From the human T2T-CHM13v2.0 reference genome, Homo sapiens, in the NCBI RefSeq assembly GCF_009914755.1, contig NC_060928.1: a stretch of 64,000 nucleotides of DNA; one strand, given 5' to 3'. Position numbers and translations under genes: made by a program. The notes below the pieces were generated by a model. The model made no database searches, had not been told where the DNA came from, and saw only the letters and a list, made by a program, of their open reading frames with translations. Shown here in pieces: positions 40,890-53,432 of this stretch (positions within the stretch are counted from its first letter, which is position 1; every line of letters begins with the position of its first letter).

Positions 40890-43800
40890 GTTTTATTTTA
40901 TAATTTTTAAAGAGCATTGTTGAGGTATGACTGACATAGAAAAAGCAGCACATATTTAAGGTATACAACCTAATAAGTGTGGAGGTAAGTATATACCTAG
41001 GAAATCATCATAACTATCAATAACATAAACATATCCATTACGTCAAAACGTTTCCTCTCCCCCTCTTTATTTATAGGTTGTATGCTTCTAAAAATGTATC
41101 CATTTCTTTTGTTTATTCAATTTGTTGGCATATAATTATTCATGATAGTGCCTTATGATTTTTTATTTCTGCGGCATCAGTTTTAATGTCTCCTCTTTCA
41201 TGTCTTATTTCATTTATTTTAGTCTTCTCTCTTTTTAAAATCATGCTAAGAGTTTTAAATTTTTGTTTACCTTTTTAAAAATCCAACTCTATTTTGTCGA
41301 ATTTTTGTAATATTTTTCTGTTCTCGTATTTATTTCTGTTCTAATCTTTACTGTTATTTTCCTTCTGGTAACTTAGGGCTTAGTTTATTTTTCTTTTTTC
41401 TAGGTTTTTTTTTTTTTTTGAGGTGTTAAGTTGGATTTTTATTTGGGATGTTTTTTATGTAGGCATTCATCATTGTACACTTTCCTTTTCATAATGCTTT
41501 CATTGTATCCCATAAGTTTTGTTATGTTGTGTTTTTGTTTGTCTTGAAATGTTTTCCAATTTCCCTTTTGATTTCTTTTTCAACCTATATGTTGTACAAG
41601 AGTGTGTGTTTAATTTTTATGTAGTCATAAATTTTTACATTTTTCTTTTGCTATTGATTTCTAGTTTTATTTTATTGTTGTTTGGAAAATGCACTTAGAA
41701 TAATTTGTCTTATTAAATTTTTTTAATGTTTTATGACTTCGCTTGTTATCTATTCTAGAGGATGTTCTGTGGTCACCTGAGAAAAATGTGTATTCTGTTA
41801 TTGTTGTTTAAGATGTTTTGTATGTTTATGAGGTCCATTTGGTCTATAATGTTGCTCAAGTCTTCTCTTGTTCATTTTTTTGTCCAGATAATCTATTAAT
41901 TACTGAAAATGGAGTTAGTAATGTCTTTTACTATTATTGTATTGCCGTCTATTTATCCTTTCAGATCTGTCAATATTTCCTTTGTATGCTTAGATACTCT
42001 AATGTTGGGCAGTATTTATAATTGTTATATCATTCTGTTGAATTGACACTTTTATCATTATAAATGACCTTCTATGTCCCTTGTGACAGTTTTTGACTTA
42101 AAATCCATTTTTTTTTGACATACGTATAGACATCCTGTATTCTCTTGGTTAACAAATGTGTAGAATATCTTTTTCTACCCCATTTCCTTGCAACCTACAT
42201 ATGTCTTTAAATCTGAAATGAGTCTTGTAGGTAGCATTAATATTAAACGTTGTTGTTTTATTTATTCAGCCACTACATCATTTGATTGAGGGAGATCAGT
42301 CCATTTAAATTTAAAGTAATTATTGATAAGAAAGGAATTACTATTGCCTGTTTGTTCATTGCTTTTGATTTGTTTTTTTTCTTGTAGTTCTGTTGTTTCT
42401 TTCTTCCTCTCAGTCTTTCCTTGTGAATGGATTATTTCTGCAGTTGTGTGCTTTTATTTTCTTCTCTTCATTTTTTGTGTATCTACTATATATTTTCACT
42501 TTGTGGTTACCATGAGGCTTACATAAAACATTCTTGTCATAACTATCTATTTTAATCTGATAAATACTTAACATCAATTGCATACAGAAAATTTACAGTT
42601 TTATTCCCCTGATACATTTTATGTCATTGATGTCAGATTTTACTTCTTTTTATGTTGTGAATCCATTGACACATTTTTGTGGTTATAATTATTCTTATTA
42701 CTTTTGTCTTTTAAATTTTATACCTGGGTTAAAAAAAGATATTTGCCACCATTACATTATTACATTATTCTGTTTTTGCCTATATAGGTATCTTCACCAG
42801 TGAGATTTATATTTCCATATGCTTTTGTGTTGCTGTTTATTGTCTTTTTATATCAACTTGAAAAACTGTTTGACACTTCTTGTAATTTAGGTGTTATGGT
42901 AACAAATTCCCTCAGTATTTCTTTGTCTGAGAAAGTCTTTATTCTTCATTTTTAAAGAACAGATTTGCTACGTATAGCATCTGTGGTTGGCAGTTTGAAA
43001 AATATTTCTTTTTAGAAATTTGAATATATAATCACTATCTTCTGGCCAGAAAGGTTTCTGCTGAGATTTCTGCTAATAGCCGTATGGAATTTCCCTTTTA
43101 CTTAATGAATTGCTTTTCTCTTGCTAATTTCAAATTTTTTTTTTACCCTTGACTTTTGACAATATAATTACGTGTCTCCATGTAGACCTCTTTAGGCTTA
43201 ATCTAAAATTTATTTAAACTTCAAGAATCTAAATGTCCATTTACATTCCAATATTTGAGAAGTTTTCAGCCAAAATTTCTTTACATAAGCTTTTTGCTCC
43301 TTTCTCTTTGTATGCTCCTTCTGCATTGCCATAGTGCATATATTGGTGTTATTGATTATATCCCATACATCCCACAGGCTTTCTTGACTCTTTTTCATTA
43401 ATTTTGCAACTTTGACTAGATAATTCTATACAATCTATCTTCAAGTTCACTGATTCTTTCCTCTGATTGATTGAACTTCTGTTGAAGTTCTTTATTTAAT
43501 TTTTTAGGTCAGTTATTGTATTTTCAGCACCGGAATTTCTATTTGGTTCTTTTAATTGTTTTTTTCTCTTTTCTTGTTTTTCTTTTTTTTTTTTTTTTTT
43601 TTTAACCTCTATGGTTTGATTCTGGGTAGGCTTTTTTTTGAGCTTCTAATTTTGTTGATTTATTGCTTTCCTGATTTATTTAGCTATCTATCTCTGTTTC
43701 TTAGTAGCATAATGAGCTCCTTCAACACAATTATTTTGAATTCATTGTCAGGCATTGCACAGGTCTCATTTTCTGTAGGGTTGATATATTAGAGTTTTAT

Positions 43801-44575
43801 TTTTATTTTTTATTTATTTGGTGATGTCATGTTTTCCTGATTCTTTATAATGCCTGTAGCCTGCATTAGTATCTGTTAATTTAAGGAAGAATTTAGCTCT
43901 TCTGGTCTATACAGACTGGCTAAAGTCCTTCACTAGTCAGTGTAGTCAGTGTGACCAAATAGTCTGGGTGCCTATTGAAGTGGTCAACAGACAGCTCTGG
44001 ATTCACAGCTGGCCTCTGTGGGTGGGTATGCTCAGTTCTAAGGTCTGTGCATCAGCAGGCATGTTGTTAGGGTCCCAGGGAGGTGGGGAAGGGACTGTTA
44101 TCACGGGTCACAAGATGGCTGTCAAGGTCCCCAAATTGATTATCAAGACTACTATCCCTTTTTGTCTTTAGCTGTCCCCAGGTTATCAAGCCATATTGAT
44201 TCCCTCAATGTTCTGTGTGTTGTGTGATATAGGCAAGCTAGTCAGGTGTGCCCCAAAAGACTAGGGAGGTCAGATGCTCACTTCATTCTCTTTTTCTCCA
44301 TAGGACAACTTGCAGGCTGAGGTGCTCTCTGTGTCCTGACATGTCAGATTTGGGAAATGAGTGAAGCAGGTAAAGTGAAACTGTTTTTGTTTTATTATTA
44401 TTAATATTATTTTCAATGCATTTTTCTCCTTTCTGTGCTCTAACAGGATGCTGTACCTTCTCACCTGTATTCTGGAGCTCTCATAAAGGTATTTTCATCC
44501 ATGGATGATTTTAAATAGGTGTTTTGATTGGGGGATGAGGGCCAGAAACTCCTATTTTGCCATCTTACTGTGTCA
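40890..44575 (-). mobile_element. L1MA9/10-MB1-like element: 5' UTR, ORF1, EN joined directly to the last ~190 bp of 3' UTR
   Basis: 3' tip ttgaggtatgactgacata..gtatacaac..aacatatccatta; ORF1 remnant (43210-43398 -: ESLWDVWDIINNTNICTM); 5' end ctcctattttgccatctt (antisense aagatggc..ataggag). Confidence 0.8.
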
Positions 44576-45215
44576 GTTGTGTTGATTTTAAATTTTATTG
44601 CATTGTCTTTGAAACATTCAAATAACATTAAGCTTTTTAAGTTTTTGCAACATATTTATGACCAAACATAGTTTATCCTGCAGAATGTTTCAGGTTGACT
44701 TGAGGAGAATGTGTATTTTCCCAATTGGGGATGGACTGTCCTATAGTTGTCTGTTAGCTCTATTTGATTTTTAGTGTTGTTCCGATATTTCATCTTATTG
44801 TTCTTCAGTCTGGTTCTTTGATCTATTATTAAAACTGGGCTATTAAAATCTTCAATTATTTTTGTGGAATCATCTATTTCTCCTTCAATTTTGTCAGATT
44901 TCTCTTCATGTATTTTTGGGCTCTGTAAGTACACATATGTTTATAATTATGTATTCTTCATGGATTGGCACTTTTATCAGCATAAAATATCCATTTTTAT
45001 TTTTATTAATAATTTTATTCTCAAAGTCTTTTTATTTCTATTTGTATAGCTCTTCTAGCTTTCCAGGTGATTATAGTTTATATGTTGTCTTCTTCACATC
45101 AACTTACTTTCAATTTATTTTTATCTTACTTATCAACTTGTTTCTCCTAGAGGTATACATTTGGATATTTTTCAAAAAATTCATTCTGCTGATCTCTGCC
45201 TATTGATTGACACAT

Positions 45216-45527
45216 AATGTGGTCTGAAGATTTGTGCCCCCAAAATTTGTGTGTCAAAACCTAGTGCCAGTGTAATAACAGCAGTGCAACCTTTGGTTGG
45301 TGACTAGGTCATAAGAAAAGGGTCCTCATTATGGAAATAATGACCTTAAAAAAGAGGTTCCAAGGCAGCTTGTTTGCCCCTTCGACTATGTGGAGACGCA
45401 ATGAGAAGGTACTGTCTACAAGGAACAGGACACCATATCTTCTGGTGCCTTGATTATGCACTTCTTAGCCTCCATAATTGTGAAAAATAAATTTATGTTA
45501 TTTATAAGCTGCCCAGATTATGGTACT
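45216..45527 (+). mobile_element. MLT1A0-like MaLR LTR, 3' terminus missing
   Basis: tgtggtctgaagatttgtgccccc..ctggtgccttgatt..agcctcca..aataaatttatgttatttataagctgcccag..tatggta. Confidence 0.85.
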
Positions 45528-45531
45528 GGGC

Positions 45532-45555
45532 AGGGTTAGAGTTAGGGTTAGGGTT
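45532..45555 (+). repeat. Short interstitial telomeric repeat (TTAGGG)~4
   Basis: AGGG TTAGAG TTAGGG TTAGGG TT read directly. Confidence 0.8.
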
Positions 45556-48548
45556 CTGTTTTCAGTTCTTTTTCTTTGAGAAATTTTCAAACTCCTCTCC
45601 AAAGTGGCTGAACTAATTTATATTCCCATCAGCAGTGTATAAGCATACATTTTTCTATGCAGTCTCACTGGCATCTGTTATTTTTTTACTTTAATAATAA
45701 CCATTCTGACTAGTGTGAGATGGTATCTCATTATGGTTCTTATTTGCATTTCTCTAATAATTTTTCTCTAATAATTAGTGATATTGAGCATTTTTTCACT
45801 TTTGTTGGTCACTTGTATGTATTCTTTTGAGAAGTATCTGTTCATGTCAATTGCCCACTTTTTATATGTGTGTGTGGTGTTTTTTTTTTTTCCTTGCTTT
45901 TTGATTTGTTTAAGTTCCTTATAGATCTGGCAAACATTTTCTTTCATTCTGGAGGTTGTATGTTTACTTTGCTGACAGTTTCTTTTGCAGTGCAGAAGCT
46001 CTTTAGTTTAATTAGGTCCCACTAGTCAAATTTTGTTTTTGCTGCAGTAGCTTTCGAAGACTTCGTCATAAATTATTTGCCTATATCCAGAAAGGTATTG
46101 CCTAAGTTTTCTTCCAGGATTTTTATAGTTCGGGGTCTTACATTTAAATCTTTAATCCATCCTGAGTTAATTTTTGTGAATGGTGAGAGAAAGAGTTCCA
46201 GTTTCATTCTACTGTATATGGCTAGCCAGTTGTCCTAGCACCATTTATTGAATAGGGAATCATGTCCCCCTTGCTTATTTTTGTTGACTTTGTCAAAATC
46301 AGGTGTTTGTATGTATGTGGTATTATTTCTCAGTTCTCTACTCTGTTCCTTTTGTCTTTGTGTCTGCTTTTGTACTAGTACCATGTTTTGGTACTGGTTT
46401 TGTTTACTGCAGCCTTATAGTATACAGTCAGGTAATGTGATGCCTCTGGCTTTGCTCTTTTTGCTTATGAATGCTTTGGTTTTTCAGGCTCTTTTTTGGT
46501 TTCATATAAATTTTAGAACAGTAATTCTGTTAAAAATGATGTTGGTGGTTTGATAGACATAGCATTGAATCTATAAATTTTGGGGGGCAATATAGCCATG
46601 TTAGTGATATTGATTTTCTAATCCTTGAGCATGGAATGTTTTTCCATTTATTTATGTCATGTATTATTTCTTTTAGAAGTGTTTTGTAGTTCTCCCTGTA
46701 GAGCACTTTTACCTTCTTTGTTAGATTTATTTCTAGATATTTGATTTTGTTTGTTCATATTATAAATGGGTTTGTGTTTTTGATTTGGTCCTCAGATTGA
46801 ATGCTATTGTATAGAAATGCTGCTAATTTTTGTATATTTATTTTGTATCCTGAAACTTTACTAAAATCATTTATTGGTTCTAAAAGCCTTTTGCTGGACT
46901 CTGTAGGCGTTTGTAGGTATACAATCATATCATCTGTAAAAAGAGTTTTCTTCTTCTCTTCCTATTTGGATGCCTTTTATTTTTTCCCTTGCCTGATTGC
47001 CATGGCAAAGACTTCCAGTACATGTTGCATACGAGTCATGAGAGTGGGCATCCTTGTCTTGTTCCAGTTCTCAATGAGAATGCTTCCAGCTTTTACTCAT
47101 TCAGTATGATGTTGGATATAGATTTGTAATAGCATAGATTATTCGTATTATTTTGAGTTATGTTCCCTTGATGCTTAGCTTGTTGAGGGTTTTTTTCATG
47201 AAGGAATGTTGGATTTTATTGAAAGCTTTTCTCATCTATTGATATGACCATATAGTTTTAAATTGTGTTTATGTGGTGAATCACATTTATTGATTCACAT
47301 ATGTTGAGCCAAATTTGTATCCAAGGAATAAAGCCTACTTAATCATAGTGAATTAACTTTATGGTGTGTTGCTGGATTCAATTTGCTAGAATTTTGCTGA
47401 GAATTTTTATGTCTATGTTAATTAGAGATATCAGCCTGAAATTTTCTTTTTTTGTGTCTCTGCCAGGTTTTGGTATCAGGGTAATTAGCTGGCTTCATAG
47501 AATGAGTTAGGGAGAAGTCTCTGCTCAATTTTTTGAAATGGTTTTAATAGAATTGGGACCAGCTCTTCTTTGTATATCTAGTAGAATTTGGTTGTGAATC
47601 CATCTGGTCCAGGGATCTTTTTGTTTGGTAGTTTTTTTTATTACTGATTCCATTTTGGAGCTTGATATTGGTCTATTCAGGGTTCCAATTTCTTCCTGAT
47701 TCAATCTTTGGAGGCTTTGAGTTTCCAGAAACGTATTCATTTCCTTTAGATTTCCAGTTTGTGTGCATAGAAATGTTCATAATAGCCTCTGAGGATTGTC
47801 TGTATTTCTGTGGGAATGGTTGTAATGTTACTTTTTCTTTCTGGTTGTGCTTATTTGGATCTTCTCTGTTTTTTCTTTGTTAATCTAGCTAGTGAATTAT
47901 CTATTTTATTTATCCTTACAAAGAAGTAACTTCTGGTTTCATTTCTCTTTGCATGGACTTTGGGTCTCAATTTCTTTCAACATTATTTATTTATTTTATT
48001 CTGCTAGCTTTGGGGTTAGTTTGTTCTTGATTTTCTAGTTTGTCTAAGTGTGATATAAGGTTGCTAATTTGAGACATTTCTCACTTTTTGAGGTAAGCAT
48101 TTAGCACTATAAACTTTTCTCTTAGCACATTTTCACTACATCTCAGAGATTTTGGTATGTTGTATCTCTGCTTTCTTTAATTTCAAGAATCTTTTGATTT
48201 TTGCCTTAATTTCATTCCTTACCCAAAACTCAGTCAGGAATAAGTTGTTTAATTGTGTGATTTGGGGAGATCTTGGTATTGATTTCTATTTTTATTCCAC
48301 AGTGATCTGAGAGTATGATTGGTATTAGCTGAACATTTTAGCCAGGAATGTGGTTGATCTTGAAGTATGTTTTGTGTGCAGATGAGAAGAATGTATATTC
48401 TGTGGTTGATGGGTGGAGTTTTCTGTAGATGTCTATCAGGTCCAATTTGTCTAGTGTCAAAGTTTAGTCCCGAATTTCTTTGTTAGTTTTCTACCTCAGT
48501 AATGTGTGATGCTTTCAGTGGAGTTTTGAATTCCCCTAGTATTATTGA
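45556..48548 (-). mobile_element. L1PB/L1PA15-16-like ORF2 fragment, truncated at both ends
   Basis: Continuous antisense ORF2 from near the C-terminus to EN; ORF 47525-47740 (-) FLETQSLQRLNQEEIGTLNRPISSSK. Confidence 0.9.
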
Positions 48549-48959
48549 AAACCACAGGATACTTAGTGGGAGAGGTGAAACGGCAGGACCCAGTCTTCTA
48601 GAGGAGGCAAATTAAAATATAATCAATCACCAGATGAACTATGCCATAATTATAGCATTTTTTTGTTTTTAATTTCCTATTTTGGTAGGAAAATAGTAAT
48701 ATTACAATTATAGAGAAAACAGACCTACTTTTTATGTAGTTGATTTTATATGTCATTGATGATCTGTCTCATTTACAACCCTTATTAAATGTTTCCCTTC
48801 TTGGGAATTTGGAGAATGGAGATGGAGCTTCAGTGCCTTCATACAGAACACTGATCTTCGCCCTGCAATTATGATGATAAACATTTCATGTGGGAAAGAT
48901 GAAATGGAGCAGAAAAAATATCTGCTATAGTTTCTATGAAAACTGTTTTATAGACTTTT

Positions 48960-49452
48960 GTTTTTTTATAATCAGTAGTTTCCCAGCCTTGGGCCAACCA
49001 TTCTTATATTGTGGAATTCCCCAATGTATAAGAGGTGGGAGGCATATTCCTACCCCTCCCCTCTCCACACACCCCCTCCCCAAACAGCAGAAGTGAAATC
49101 ATTATGTCCTACCAAGGAAGCAGCCAGTCCACAATGATAGCTTCAGCAATGGTACTCTCTTCCTAAAGAGTTTGAAACTTGAATAAGCACTAGAAAGACT
49201 ACCGAAAGTTGAGATTTGATTTGTGGCTGTTAGGTCTGTGGTCAGTGGTTAGGTTTCCAAAGAGTAAGGATACCTTAGTGTTTTTGACTAGATTATTTTT
49301 GCTGCAAAGCCTCATTTGAATTCATCTTGTTTGCTTAGCCTGATTTTCTGGTCTTCATATAGATCTAGGATCTACCTAATTTCCTTACAGTAAATTCCTT
49401 TTCCCCTCATATAGTAGGTTTCTATTGCTTGCAGCTAACAACCCTAACTTAC
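48960..49452 (+). mobile_element. Ancient ERVL/MaLR LTR (LTR33-like)
   Basis: 3' end agtaaattccttttc..ggtttctattgcttgcagctaacaaccctaacttaca is typical of LTR33/MLT1 termini; 5' boundary uncertain. Confidence 0.5.
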
Positions 49453-49474
49453 ACTGATATTATTGTTTAATCCT

Positions 49475-49907
49475 TGTTCTGTGGTGGGCAGGTCTATACA
49501 GACCTACCCCAAAGTGTGAGGAAGCTGAGATACCAAAGAAGGAGGCCGACATATCCAGTTTCTTAGAAAGAAACATTTAATAGGGACTTATGAATAGAAG
49601 CCACGTCTGTTTCTTAGGGGCCGGTGAAACAAGATGATGGATCCTTCTTCTATTACCTGTGCAAATCTAGGGCTTTTATATTATAGGAAAAGTATATATG
49701 TGATTCAGAAGGTACGCAGAGGCCAATTGAAGTAGGATAGCATCAAGGTTTTTTTGACCTAAGGGAGAGATTTATGGTAAGTACATATACTCTTACACAA
49801 AGAACAATAGATAATATAGAAATCTTAGAGATATTCCTGCAACTGGGGTTAACTGGAAATCAGCATGGCAGATTAGCATCCAAGATGGAATTGCTTTAGC
49901 CTCCATA
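49475..49907 (-). mobile_element. LTR47-like (ERVL) solo LTR
   Basis: Reverse complement starts tatggaggctaaagcaattccatcttggatgctaatctgccatg; ends cacagaaca; near-TSD atcct/atctt. Confidence 0.8.
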
Positions 49908-50739
49908 ATCTTTGTCATTATTTATTGACAGGATACAAATATTACACTTCTCTAAATAAATCCTTAAAGTTTTATACATATGAGAGGTGTGTATAGGGTG
50001 CTAAAAATTATTTAGGAAGAGGCTGTTTGGCCTCTTATCCTTAGGCCAATCAACCAAGTAGTGCAGCTGCATTATCATTGACCATTACTTTAGTAATTCA
50101 GAATCCTATCATTTTTTCAGAAATGTTATATGAAAATATGAAATGAAATTATCTTCACAAGGCAATGTTGAAACATTTATATGGCATTACAATATTGAAT
50201 GTCATAATATTTAAAACATATTTTGTGCATGAATTTATAGGTATTTTCTCATTTCAATTTTCATTAATAATACAGTTCTCTCAGTTGTTAATGCAAGACT
50301 GTTGTTGCCAAACAATTTACTAGTTAATATAGATCCCAGGCCATTGGATTGACTACACTGGATTTTATCTTATTAATAGACTCCCTTAAGAGCAAAAGAA
50401 AGGAAATAATTGGTAACAACTTTGGGTATGTACCCAAAGATATAACTTTTCAGAAACATTTTCTTCAATTAAAATACAGCATTGACAAAATGAAGTAGAG
50501 AAAGTTAAAATTTAGTGGAAACAAATATTCTTTTGAAATTGAGTAGAAGTGCAGCTAAGGAATGTTTAGTCACAATCAACTTGGTTAAAATGTGCTGACA
50601 GGACATACTTTAAATTTCTTAATAACGTATCTTAGCCCTGAAAACTTCAAACCCTCAAAACCTATTTAAATATATATTCATAATATTTGGTCTCAGGGAT
50701 TTTGATAAAAGTACATCTTAAGATGCAGTGTTTGGAGGT

Positions 50740-50945
50740 AGGGAGTGGTCTGGAGATCCAGTGGAGAGCAGCTGGTGTCTACCCACTGACCCCCTGACCT
50801 TTAATAACCTTAGATATGTTACTTGACCTCTCAGTGCTTCAGTTTCCACATCAACAACTGGGGATAATTTTAATACCTACTCATAGGATTGTTGTAAATG
50901 TAATCACATGAATACTGATAAAGCTTGGTATGTAATAAGTGCTTT
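50740..50945 (+). mobile_element. MIR SINE
   Basis: gttacttgacctctcagtgcttcagtttccacatc..gggataat..aatacctactcataggattgttgt. Confidence 0.8.
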
Positions 50946-53304
50946 TAAGTAGTAGTGTCCATGGACTTGAAAATATACTATGCCAGATTTAACTGTCTTT
51001 GTAGATTTTTAGATAATCTGTATTTATTTCAACAATCTATAAAGTCTTTTATCCCTATTCTTTCTCATCCTATTTCTTTTTTAAGCATTTCATTCCTTAT
51101 ATTCTCCAATATATTATGAACAAAGATTGTTATATTAACAACATTGTTTTTCAATTGCATAGAAAATTTTCTTTGTTAAAATAAACTATTAAACTCTTGG
51201 AGAGAAAAATTCAAATAATTTTCTTTATCAAAGTTTTCTGTATCATTCTTCATAGTTTCATCTGTGTCTGAGATTTAGGCAGGGATTAAAATGATTTTAT
51301 TGAGTACATTATATAAAAGATGTTGAAAAATAATGCTTTTACTATTCATAAATAGAGTGTAATATGTTAAACATTAAAATGTTAATAAAGAATGAAATGA
51401 AAACTATTACAACATTTGCATGAGTTGAGAATGTTCATATTGTCCTAACAAATCATATTTTTCCCCATAAAGACTAGGAATGGGAATATGTGAACAGAAA
51501 TGACAAATTTTACCCAATTGTTGGAAAGTTAATGTTCTGTTTCTCGTCTCTTTCTCACTCTTCACGTGAAAGCCTTTGGGCAAACAGGGATGTGTTTGTA
51601 CCTAAGAACTATTTATCATCGGTTATAATTTCTGGTATGTAATTTTCTCTGGGAATGTCACCAAAACAGAAATTTCTCCTATTGGCTCTATTTGAAGATT
51701 CATTTAGCATAGCAAAATTAATTGTAGTTTTTGCATTTATTAATCACAAGCTTTTCCCATACTGGATCACAGGATACAAGTGGGGGAAAGGGGAGCTCTA
51801 TTAATCAACGGAGAACAATGTGAAATAAGGGAAGAGTTCAGGAGATAGAAAATTACTGGTTAAATCTTATCTGTTGACTTAGGTGACCAAGGTTAAACAT
51901 ATACACATATGTGTGGACACATACACACGAAGCAGCCTTGGATTGTTAATGGGTTATCCACATTGTATAAATTCACAAACACAGAAGATTCCTTCATTTC
52001 TGGCTTGGCTTTGTTTACACAATTGTGGCTGTGGACACTTCAAGGTTCTGTGAGCTCTCCTACTAGTTTACAACCTTACAAGGCTGTTTTTCTAACAGCA
52101 GAACATTGGCAATAAATGTCTATTAGTCAAAATCACTGCAGCAGTTTTATAAGGCCTATGAGTGCATATTTCCCAGTCTGCTTCTCTTTAAATTACCAAG
52201 AATGCAAAAATAACCAATAGTTTGACCTCTTAAATCACAAATTGGATAGGCTCACCATTAAAGTATATTGTAAATGTGTTTCCCATTATTTAGCTCATTT
52301 AGCATGTTCAACAGCAGGCATTCAAATGTGTTAAGGGGTTTTTTCATTTTTTTTTTTACTTCACAGAAGGCATTAAATTATTTTTCAAGCCATCAAGGGA
52401 TAATTAAAAAACTAGAATACAAATGGAATATGCTAATAGATCATCATTAACCATCTTCATGAAAGAGAAAGAATATAAAAGTGCAATAGGCTCAGAAATT
52501 ATTGGTTTCACGTTAATCATTTTGATAGTCTTCATTATAGAAATTTAACATAACTTTTTAAATTTAGGAAATTATATGAGGAGATCATATACAGAGTGAA
52601 AAAGAAGTAACTAGAATTAAAGTTTACAATCTAAAATTATTGCCATCCAGATTGAAGAAATGATCGGTAGTAAATGATGAAACAAAATATTTCAAATTCA
52701 ACATAAACTTTAAGTATATCCACTTTTTATATTAATATTAGAATATGACATTCTGATTAGTCAAAGTGGGCATATCTGTCTAAATTTTTTTTCTTCCCTA
52801 AAGCGGGTTGATGCATTTTATCTTCAATTGTTTTCCTGAAACATTTTTAAGGCTTAAAGAAATGTTTACCTTTTAAAAAGCAGTAGTAATTTTTGTATAT
52901 GCTTTGGATTCTCTCTGGCATAGCTCTACATACTAAAATGCCATAAAAAGTGTAGAATAAAGCATCTGGTGTTTGAGTTACAAGGTCTTATCACTAAACA
53001 GTGTGTTTCTGTTAAAACTTTGACAGGTATTTTACACAGATCACAAAGTTAGAGTGACCTGTCACAATTAATTACTATTTACTGGAGTTCATAGGTGTGT
53101 TGAGTAGCTGAAAAGATGTCCTGGCAGAATAACATCAATTCAAATATACTCATTTCACAAAATTTGGATCTGGTCTACATTCATACATTTCACTCAAATA
53201 TTATGATGTGACTTTAGAGGAAGGGGAACTTAAGTACTGTGTCTATTTAGTCTCAGCGTGCAAAAAATATAAAGATTACTTATATCAATTCTTTCACCTA
53301 TAAT

Positions 53305-53432
53305 TCACTTGTTCTATAATACGTTTTTAATGTATTATAGATTATACTTGTTATTAAGACATACACTTGTTATTATATATTATACTTGTTATTAAGGTAA
53401 TAACAAGTGAGGAGGATATACTTGTTTATTAC
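53305..53432. repeat. Cluster of direct and inverted ACTTGTTATTA repeats
   Basis: 26-bp near-duplicate at 53333-53358 / 53371-53396, inverted copy at 53397-53410, further degenerate copies. Confidence 0.8.

Larger units (their letters stand above)
34770..45210 (-). mobile_element. Host L1MB (L1MB7/8-like) split into pieces (34770-35202, 35561-37126, 39463-40710, 44576-45210) by nested insertions
   Basis: 3' end attgagatataactcacataccataaaattcacccttctaaagtgtaca; antisense ORF2 continues colinearly across each insertion. Confidence 0.8.

Noticed and set aside
53305-53432. CRISPR-like repeat/spacer interpretation
   Set aside because: Repeats are too short, irregularly spaced and partly inverted; eukaryotic context with no cas genes.
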